DNA of 12,508 nucleotides, taken from assembly GCA_029858565.1 (NCBI GenBank), contig JAOUEV010000081.1, positions 1-12,508 on the forward strand, given 5' to 3'. Origin of the DNA: Nitrospirota bacterium (GTDB taxonomy: Bacteria > Nitrospirota > UBA9217). The translations under genes were made by a program, and so were the position numbers. This document shows positions 1 to 6,321 of this stretch, piece after piece; within the stretch, counting starts at the first letter, position 1, and every line of letters begins with the position of its first letter. The notes under the pieces are model-generated. The model worked only from the letters and a program-made list of their open reading frames with translations, did no database searches and was not told where the DNA came from.

Positions 1-2
1 CC

Positions 3-1055
3 GTGAACCGCTCGAAACAAGAGTGGCAGGAAACCTTCGACAGCATCACGGACATGATATCCATCCACGACAGGGACTATAACGTCATCAAGGCGAATAA
101 GGCGTTCTCGGCGAACCTGGGGAAAACCCCTCAGGAGGTCATCAACAGGAAATGTTATGAGCTCATGCATCACGGCGGGATCTCGGCGATCGCCGGTTGT
201 CCTCATGAGCGGACCATGCGGAATAAGGAGTTTGTCTCCGTGGAGTTGTTTGATGAAATCACCAAGAAGACCTTCTCCGTTTCAACCTATCCATATCTGT
301 CTCCGGATGGGGACCTTGTCGGTTCCATCCATATCGCACGGGACATCACGGAGGAAAAGGACCGGGAGATGCGGATGATCATGACTGAGCGGCTTGCCTC
401 GCTGGGCCAGATGGCTGCGGGCATCGCCCATGAGATCAACAATCCTCTTCAGTCGGTCGTAATCTGCTCGGAGATGCTTTTGATGAAGGTGGCGAAGGAC
501 AACTACGACCACGGACAGTTCGAGAAGTACCTCAAGACCATAGACGAGGAAGTGCAGCGCTGCAGGGACATCACGAGCAATATGCTCTCGTTCTCCCGCC
601 AGACTACCCAGAGCCGGTCCGACATTGACGTGCATCTTTTGATGGATAAGGCCGTCGATCTCGTCGGCTACCAAGGGAGGCTGAAGAATGTGACTGTAAT
701 AAAGAAATACGGAGAGAGGTTCCTGCTCAGCGGGAACGAAGGCGAGCTGCGGCAGGTATTTCTCGTGCTCATCATAAACGCCCTGGACGCCATGGAGAAC
801 AAAGGCGTGATCACGCTCGAGACCGGAGCGGGGGCGGGCAATGCATGGTTCCGAGTGACGGATACCGGCCCGGGAATCGCGCCGGAAAATATTCAGAGGA
901 TATTCAATCCCTTCTTTTCCACGAAGACCGAGAAAGGAGGCACCGGACTCGGTCTTTCCATAGCTCATAGGATCATTGCCAATCACCGCGGCTCTCTCAC
1001 CGCGGTCTCTGAACAGGGCCATGGCGCGGCATTCACGGTAACCCTTCCTCGGTAG
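3..1055 (+). CDS. PAS-domain sensor histidine kinase (NtrB-like HisKA + HATPase_c), probably 5'-truncated by the window edge
   Basis: PAS-like segment (WQETFDSITDMISIHDRDYNVIKANKAF...GSIHIARDITEEK), H-box AHEINNPL preceded by ERLASLGQMAAG, N-box LRQVFLVLIINALDAM, G1 DTGPGI, F-box IFNPFFSTK, G2 GTGLGL. The frame is open from the window edge. Confidence 0.95.
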   Translation: MNRSKQEWQETFDSITDMISIHDRDYNVIKANKAFSANLGKTPQEVINRKCYELMHHGGISAIAGCPHERTMRNKEFVSVELFDEITKKTFSVSTYPYLSPDGDLVGSIHIARDITEEKDREMRMIMTERLASLGQMAAGIAHEINNPLQSVVICSEMLLMKVAKDNYDHGQFEKYLKTIDEEVQRCRDITSNMLSFSRQTTQSRSDIDVHLLMDKAVDLVGYQGRLKNVTVIKKYGERFLLSGNEGELRQVFLVLIINALDAMENKGVITLETGAGAGNAWFRVTDTGPGIAPENIQRIFNPFFSTKTEKGGTGLGLSIAHRIIANHRGSLTAVSEQGHGAAFTVTLPR

Positions 1056-1069
1056 AAATGCCCTTTCCG

Positions 1070-1104
1070 CTGACAAGTTGTCAGCCTGCCTGACAACCTG
1101 TACC
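1070..1104. promoter_or_regulatory. Tandem palindromic operator/upstream activator sites (GACA-N3-TGTC), putative binding sites of a sigma54 enhancer-binding protein
   Basis: CTGACAA-G-TTGTCAG (1070-1084) is a perfect 7-bp-arm inverted repeat. A second, degenerate copy CTGACAACCTGTA starts at 1090, so the centres (1077, 1097) are 20 bp apart. The same arrangement recurs at 2351-2384. Confidence 0.75.
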
Positions 1105-1157
1105 GCACTACCGCTTCCCCATTACACTGAAACCCCATGAAAACAATGCACTCCGAA

Positions 1158-1173
1158 TGGCACGACACTTGCT
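1158..1173 (+). promoter_or_regulatory. Sigma54 (RpoN) -24/-12 promoter of the HD-GYP gene
   Basis: TGGCACGACACTTGCT is an exact match to the consensus TGGCACG-N4-TTGC(A/T). It is intergenic and ends 70 nt upstream of the ATG at 1244. Confidence 0.88.
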
Positions 1174-1243
1174 GTAGAGGGCAATAGTGAGGCCGGGCTG
1201 TTGGTCCCGCGTGCTCATTGCGTTCGGAAGGACAACCATCCCT

Positions 1244-2302
1244 ATGATCTCCAAGATACTGCTCGTAGACGATGAAGTGCGGATCCTTGATGTGATGACG
1301 CAGATGCTCATGGAGTTGGGCCTCGATGTCAAGGCGACAGCGCATCCGGACGAGGCGGTCCGGCTGGTGGCTGAGGAAAAGTTTCATATAGCGTTCGTTG
1401 ACAATTTCCTCGGGCCCGTGGAAGGGATCGAGCTTATCGAGCAGATGGGGGCGATGGATCGTGAGCTCCAGTTCGTGATCATGACCGGAAATCCCGACAT
1501 AGAAACTGCGATCTGTGCCCTCAAAAAGGGAGTGGCCGATTTCCTCCGCAAGCCCTTTCGCATCGAGGAGTTGCTGGTCAGCATCGATCATGTGAGACGG
1601 AGGCTGGAGCTGGAACAGCAGCGGAAGGACCTTTTGTCCGGGCTGGAACTGACGGTCCAGGAGAAGACCTCTGAGCTGAAGCAGACCTATCTGTCCGTGC
1701 TGATCGCGTTGTCGCGGACCGTGGAAAAGAAGGACCTGGGGACCTACGGCCACAGCATGCGGGTCAGTGATATATCCTCGAGGATCGCGCGACAAATCGG
1801 CCTTTCGACGAGCGAAGTGGAGAACGTGCGAGCCGCTTCCCTTCTGCATGATATCGGCAAGATCGGGATCAGCGATTCGATCCTGGCGAAAAAGGGGCCG
1901 CTTGATGCGGAGGAGGCGGATATCATCAGAAGCCATCCTGAGAAGGGCGTGGAGATCCTGCAGCCGTTGAAGCAATTTGAGCTGTTGCTGCCGGCCATCC
2001 TGCATCATCACGAACGCTTCGACGGGTCCGGGTATCCGCGGGGGCTCTCCGGTGACGCCATCCCGCTGTCGGCGCGGATCATCTCCGTGGCCGACACCTA
2101 CGACGCGATCCAGTCGGACCGGCCCTACCGTTTGGCGGCTTCGCATGAGAATGCAGTGCGCGAGGTCTGTGCATGGTCGGGGAAGCAGTTCGATCCGGGA
2201 GTCGTGTCCGCCTTTACCCGGGTGCTGCAGGAAGGGAATAGCGAAGCAGATATCCTGAAAAGCGCGCAACGGCTGTGTGCGCAGAAAAGGACCGGTCAAT
2301 GA
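1244..2302 (+). CDS. Response regulator with HD-GYP output domain (RpfG-like cyclic di-GMP phosphodiesterase)
   Basis: REC domain (ILLVDDE, phosphoacceptor-position D in AFVD, IMTG, FLRKPF), coiled-coil linker, then TYGHSMRV, LLHDIGKIGI, HHHERFDGSGYP, VADTYDA, DRPYR, GKQFDP. Start moved from the ORF-track 1187 to ATG 1244, where the REC fold begins, after GGAAGGA at 1226-1232. Confidence 0.93.
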   Translation: MISKILLVDDEVRILDVMTQMLMELGLDVKATAHPDEAVRLVAEEKFHIAFVDNFLGPVEGIELIEQMGAMDRELQFVIMTGNPDIETAICALKKGVADFLRKPFRIEELLVSIDHVRRRLELEQQRKDLLSGLELTVQEKTSELKQTYLSVLIALSRTVEKKDLGTYGHSMRVSDISSRIARQIGLSTSEVENVRAASLLHDIGKIGISDSILAKKGPLDAEEADIIRSHPEKGVEILQPLKQFELLLPAILHHHERFDGSGYPRGLSGDAIPLSARIISVADTYDAIQSDRPYRLAASHENAVREVCAWSGKQFDPGVVSAFTRVLQEGNSEADILKSAQRLCAQKRTGQ

Positions 2303-2350
2303 CGACGGCTCATTCAACGCTGCTGGAAATAGCTGTTTCAGGGACTTCTT

Positions 2351-2384
2351 CTGACAACTTGTCCTGATTAAAGACAGACTGTCA
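2351..2384. promoter_or_regulatory. Second tandem pair of GACA-N3-TGTC palindromes (putative upstream activator sites)
   Basis: CTGACAACTTGTCC (2351-2364) and AGACAGACTGTCA (2372-2384) have centres at 2358 and 2378, 20 bp apart, as in the 1070-1104 pair. Confidence 0.75.
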
Positions 2385-2438
2385 TTGCATTTGGACAGCC
2401 CGGATCGTCAAGTGGCTGAAATAAAGCTTGTTGTCATC

Positions 2439-2454
2439 TGGTATTGATCATGCA
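2439..2454 (+). promoter_or_regulatory. Sigma54 -24/-12 promoter of the binding protein-MCP-cheW unit
   Basis: TGGTATTGATCATGCA keeps TGG...TGCA with exact GG-N10-GC spacing. It starts 87 nt after the first TGACA, the same offset as in the first promoter. Confidence 0.72.
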
Positions 2455-2551
2455 TCTACTATTGCAGTCTGAGGCGATTTGCCGGGAACGGAAACGGAAA
2501 AGAGCGCATATCAACGGTGTCGTAAAAACCGTTTTCACAGGAGGTCACACT

Positions 2552-3415
2552 ATGATTGGACGGATCGTAAAGGCAGGACTGGTCACACTGGTCGTTGTTG
2601 CGTCACTGGGATGGTCACGGCCGGAGACCGCGGCTGCTGAGATCAAGCTTGGACTGCTTCCCCGGCTGAGCGCGATGGAAATGACCGCCATGTTCACTCC
2701 GCTGGCGGAATACCTGAGCAAGGAAACAGGCGAAAAGGTCAGCTTGATTGTCCCGAAGGACTTCGACGCTTTTAAGGCGCTCGTCTCCTCCGGCCATGTT
2801 GATATGGGATTTGCCAATCCGCTCATCTATGTGCAGCTGAAAAAGGACGACCCGTCGCTCGATCCGCTCGGGTTGGCGTCGGAAAAATCGGGAACCAAGT
2901 TCCGGGGCATCATCATCATCCGGAAGGACTCGGGCATAGAAAAGGTGCAGGACCTGAAAGGGAAGAAGATCATATTCGTGGAGCAGGACTCCGCTGCGGG
3001 TCATATCTTCCAGATGCTGACCCTGAGCAAGGCCGGCCTTGACGTGAAGAACGATTTCACCAAGCTGCCCTTTGCCAAGAAGCATTCGAACGTCGCCATG
3101 GCGGTGTTCAACAAGGCGGCTGATGCCGGCGGCATTCGCGAGGATGACCTCGAAAAGATGAAAGATGTGGTGGACCTTGCGCAGATCAAAGTCGTTGCCT
3201 ACACGGACTATTATCCGAACTGGCCGCTGTTCAGCACGAAAAAGATGAGCAAGGCGAGCGCTGACAAAGTGAAGGCAGCGCTGCTGAAGCTCAAGCCGAA
3301 CAGCCCCGAGGCGAAGCAGGCAGCCGGTCCGGCCAAGATCACGGGATTTGCGCCGGTCGTTGACAAGGACTATGACCTGCTCCGTCAGGCGGCCAAGATC
3401 GCAGGCGCATATTAG
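2552..3415 (+). CDS. PhnD/PtxB-family (phosphate/phosphite/phosphonate-type) periplasmic substrate-binding protein, with no adjacent transporter genes
   Basis: SD AGGAGG at 2539-2544 before ATG 2552. Sec-type signal peptide ending ETAAA/EIK. Family hallmarks: [73 protein letters not shown]. Confidence 0.88.
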   Translation: MIGRIVKAGLVTLVVVASLGWSRPETAAAEIKLGLLPRLSAMEMTAMFTPLAEYLSKETGEKVSLIVPKDFDAFKALVSSGHVDMGFANPLIYVQLKKDDPSLDPLGLASEKSGTKFRGIIIIRKDSGIEKVQDLKGKKIIFVEQDSAAGHIFQMLTLSKAGLDVKNDFTKLPFAKKHSNVAMAVFNKAADAGGIREDDLEKMKDVVDLAQIKVVAYTDYYPNWPLFSTKKMSKASADKVKAALLKLKPNSPEAKQAAGPAKITGFAPVVDKDYDLLRQAAKIAGAY

Positions 3416-3433
3416 GAAGACGCATCGAAGTGC

Positions 3434-3458
3434 GCGGGGACGGCGTCGCTGTTCCCGT
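3434..3458 (+). other. Intergenic RNA hairpin without a U-tract between the binding-protein gene and the MCP gene
   Basis: GCGGGGACGGC-GTC-GCTGTTCCCGT forms an 11-bp stem with three G-U pairs, beginning 19 nt after the stop codon. Confidence 0.45.
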
Positions 3459-3563
3459 AACCTGCCGCCTCGCAGAGCATGCGCAGTGAACGGGAAGTCC
3501 GTCAGCGTCCGGCAGGACATCGGCAGCATCGGATACAACGGAATATCGAGCAGGGGGGGCATT

Positions 3564-5291
3564 ATGAAGATCAATATTCGGGAGTGGTCAGTGACCAAAC
3601 AGTTTCTAGCCAGCATCATGCTGGTAATGCTGCTGGTGACAATTGCCATGGTGTGGATATTGAGCGCCAGCCAGCAAAGGGCATTGATGCGGCAGTTGGA
3701 GGAGAAAGGGAAGAACACGGCATCGTTCCTGGCGGCCATATCCGCCGAACCGATACTCTCCTATAATTTCGGATACCTGGAGAACTATGTAAAGGACATC
3801 TCGAACGATCGCGAGGTGGTGTCCGCGGTCGTGCTGGACAAGCAGGGCGCCCCGCTCACCCAGCATGGCAACGGCCAAAGCGGTGTGAAAAAAGTGATGG
3901 AATTCACCAGCCCGATCCTGCAGAACGGCGAACAAATCGGCATGGTGAAGCTCGGTTTCACCCGGCAGTATGTTGACGAGGCCATTCGGAGCGCCCAGGC
4001 AATCATTGTGGCGCTGTTTGTCGCAACCATGATCGTGCTTTCCGGCGTTGTGTACCTGCTGTTCCGGAAGATCATCCTCGCCCCGCTGGGAGCCGAGCCC
4101 GTTTTTGTCGCAGGTATTGCGAACCAGGTTGCTGAAGGCAATCTGAGCATCAGCCTGCAGACAGCTGCAGACGACCGGAGCAGCGTTCTCTTCTCCATGA
4201 AAAAGATGGTCGATAATCTGAAAGGGCATGCCGGTGTTGCGGAGCAGATCGCGGCGGGAGACCTGCGGGTCAATGCCACGGTGCTCGGCAGTCAGGATAT
4301 TCTGGGCAAGTCCCTGACCGCGATGATCGAAAAGCTGAGGTCTGTCGTAGCTGACGTGATGATCGCGTCGGACAATGTCGCTTCGGGCAGCCAGCAGATC
4401 TCGTCGAGCGCCTCGCAGCTCTCTGAAGGGACAACCAATCAGGCGGCATCCGCGGAAGAGGCATCATCGTCCGTGGAAGAGATGAATGCCACGATCCGGC
4501 AGAACGCTGATAATGCCGAGCAGACGGAAAAGATCGCCAAGAAGAGCTCCAATGACGCGATCGAAAGCGGTAAGGCCGTGGGAGAAGCTGTGGGCGCCAT
4601 GAAGAACATCGCTTCCCGGATCACGATCATCGAAGAGATCGCGCGTCAGACGAACCTGCTTGCATTGAACGCGGCCATCGAGGCTGCACGCGCGGGCGAG
4701 CACGGAAAAGGATTCGCCGTGGTCGCCGCGGAAGTGCGCAAGCTGGCGGAGCGGAGCCAGGTGGCTGCAGGAGAGATCAGTCACCTCTCGAACTCGAGCG
4801 TGGACGTTGCCGAGAGCGCCGGCGCGATGCTGGCGAAGCTGGTCCCGGACATCCAGAAGACCGCTGACCTGGTGCAGGAGATCAGCGCCGCGTCGAAGGA
4901 ACAGGCGGGCGGCGCCGACCAGATCAACAGCTCGATCCAGCAGCTGAACAGCGTGGTCCAGATGAACGCGGGGGCGGCGGAGGAGATGGCCTCAACGGCG
5001 GAGGAACTTTCCGCCCAGGCAGCGCATTTGCAGCGCTCTATCTCCTTCTTTACCGTGGAAGATGCGGAGGAAGAGGCGCCTCGATTGGCGGCAGCGCCTG
5101 TGAAGAAGATCCCCGCGCGTCCTGCAAAATTGCCGGCGCCGTTCCCTGACCGGAAACGGGAAAAGGTCCTGGTTGCGGCGGGAGCGAAGGTCAGTGGCGG
5201 CGTGGAAATCAATTTGGGTCCTGACGCCGGCGGCAACGGGACGCGTGAAAAAGGCAATGATTCCAGGGACCACGATTTCGAGAAATTCTGA
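3564..5291 (+). CDS. Methyl-accepting chemotaxis protein (2 TM, small periplasmic domain, tandem HAMP, C-terminal pentapeptide)
   Basis: Start at ATG 3564 after a G-rich SD (AGGGGGGG). TM1 [22 protein letters not shown]2 [21 protein letters not shown], two HAMP-like repeats ([11 protein letters not shown]; [11 protein letters not shown]), signalling tip [40 protein letters not shown], Pro/Ala/Lys-rich linker, terminal DFEKF. Confidence 0.96.
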   Translation: MKINIREWSVTKQFLASIMLVMLLVTIAMVWILSASQQRALMRQLEEKGKNTASFLAAISAEPILSYNFGYLENYVKDISNDREVVSAVVLDKQGAPLTQHGNGQSGVKKVMEFTSPILQNGEQIGMVKLGFTRQYVDEAIRSAQAIIVALFVATMIVLSGVVYLLFRKIILAPLGAEPVFVAGIANQVAEGNLSISLQTAADDRSSVLFSMKKMVDNLKGHAGVAEQIAAGDLRVNATVLGSQDILGKSLTAMIEKLRSVVADVMIASDNVASGSQQISSSASQLSEGTTNQAASAEEASSSVEEMNATIRQNADNAEQTEKIAKKSSNDAIESGKAVGEAVGAMKNIASRITIIEEIARQTNLLALNAAIEAARAGEHGKGFAVVAAEVRKLAERSQVAAGEISHLSNSSVDVAESAGAMLAKLVPDIQKTADLVQEISAASKEQAGGADQINSSIQQLNSVVQMNAGAAEEMASTAEELSAQAAHLQRSISFFTVEDAEEEAPRLAAAPVKKIPARPAKLPAPFPDRKREKVLVAAGAKVSGGVEINLGPDAGGNGTREKGNDSRDHDFEKF

Positions 5292-5381
5292 ACAGGGCCG
5301 GGAGCTGGATCGGATAACAAGTCGCTGCAGAAGGCGCATTGCGATTACGAGCATTCCTGGCGGTATTCGAAGGAGAAGCCC

Positions 5382-5876
5382 ATGAGCATGGCAGAAGCGA
5401 CGGAGATGACGCAATACCTTACGTTCAGCCTGGGCGACGAGCTGTTCGCCCTGGATATTGCAAAGGTCCGCGAGGTCCTTGATTACACGACCGTCACCAG
5501 GGTCCCCCGCATGCCCGCATATATGCTGGGGGTGATCAACCTGCGGGGCACGGTCGTTCCGGTCGTTGACCTCCGGAGCAAGTTCGGCACTGATGTTAGG
5601 GGCAATTCGGTGAACACGTGCATCATCATCTCGGAGGTCCTGGTCGATGGAAAGATCACGGTGCTAGGCGCGCTGGCTGACTCGGTGCAGGAGGTGGTGG
5701 ACCTTGATCTCGAGAACATCGCGCCGGCTCCCCGCATCGGCTCGAGGCTTAATACGGATTTCATCAAGGGCATAGGCAGGCAGAATGACCGGTTCATTGT
5801 CATGCTCGACATTGACCGGGTTTTTTCAGCGGGAGATCTGGACACGGTTACGGACAGGCCGGGAGTGCCGGTATAA
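5382..5876 (+). CDS. cheW: Chemotaxis coupling protein CheW
   Basis: QYLTFSLGDELFALDIAKVREVL, TRVPRMPAYMLGVINLRGTVVPVVDLR, GALADSVQEVV, FIKGIG, LDIDRVFS. SD AGGAG at 5371-5375. Confidence 0.96.
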   Translation: MSMAEATEMTQYLTFSLGDELFALDIAKVREVLDYTTVTRVPRMPAYMLGVINLRGTVVPVVDLRSKFGTDVRGNSVNTCIIISEVLVDGKITVLGALADSVQEVVDLDLENIAPAPRIGSRLNTDFIKGIGRQNDRFIVMLDIDRVFSAGDLDTVTDRPGVPV

Positions 5877-5885
5877 CGGGGTGCC

Positions 5886-6176
5886 GTGGTCCGGGAAATG
5901 GATCTGCCGGAAAAGGCAAGCATGGGCAGTGTATGGTTTTTCCCGGATAATGGGACGCTGCGGGATATTAGCGAACTTCCGTATCTGCTGACCTGCGACG
6001 CAGAACAGCTGATCATGCGGACAATGCCGGGTTGGGAGGAAGCGCATGCATTCTTTCTCTTCATGATCGACACCCGCATGCTGATGCGGGATCTTGGCGG
6101 CGTTTTGTGGGTCGGGCATGCTTCGGCGCGGCTGGATAACGCCGGTAGTTCGAACTGCGCGGATCGATCGATGTGA
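5886..6176 (+). CDS. Possible small hypothetical protein (up to 96 aa) following cheW
   Basis: Starts 9 nt after the cheW stop in the same orientation and fills otherwise empty space. No recognisable motif, no clear SD, and the start is uncertain (GTG 5886, ATG 5898 or ATG 5922). Confidence 0.35.
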   Translation: MVREMDLPEKASMGSVWFFPDNGTLRDISELPYLLTCDAEQLIMRTMPGWEEAHAFFLFMIDTRMLMRDLGGVLWVGHASARLDNAGSSNCADRSM

Positions 6177-6321
6177 TGCGGAACGATCTCGATCTTGCGC
6201 GAAAGCGCGTGACGAAAGATCCGCAGGGCGGGTCTCATGAGAGCCCATGAGGCGCTGTTCCTGCGGGAGCACTGCCTTTTCACTTGGTCAGCATTCTCTC
6301 AAGCGACTCTCGCTTCTCATG

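Noticed and set aside
983-2317. Long antisense or alternative-frame ORFs (983-2317 -, 282-1076 -, 2615-3739 -, 5483-6283 -, 6247-7503 +, 9127-10563 - and others)
   Set aside because: They are shadows of well-supported genes in GC-rich DNA and contain no recognisable motifs.
2465-2545. Possible riboswitch (e.g. c-di-GMP/GEMM) in the binding-protein leader; AACGG repeats and a small AACGGT/ACCGTT hairpin (2513-2533)
   Set aside because: I cannot see the GEMM two-hairpin architecture or its conserved motifs, and a 6-bp stem is too weak to call. An Rfam/Infernal scan would settle it.
2444-2551. 36-aa N-terminal extension of the binding protein (and likewise 1187-1243 for the HD-GYP gene)
   Set aside because: The 2444 start lies inside the predicted sigma54 promoter and the 1187 start sits at about the predicted TSS. 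The downstream ATGs have SD sequences and start at the signal peptide or REC domain.
2552-3415. Annotation as phnD of a phosphonate uptake/C-P lyase operon
   Set aside because: No phnC, phnE or C-P lyase genes are in the window and the STSG motif is altered, so only the family-level call is kept.
3348-3563. 72-aa N-terminal extension of the MCP in the ORF track
   Set aside because: It overlaps the binding-protein gene and the hairpin, and is Arg/Ser-rich and non-protein-like. ATG 3564 has an SD and gives normal MCP topology.
6230-6246. GGG-TCTCATGAGA-G-CCC palindrome between the convergent gene blocks as a bidirectional terminator
   Set aside because: The stem is short, the loop is too tight and there are no flanking U/A tracts.
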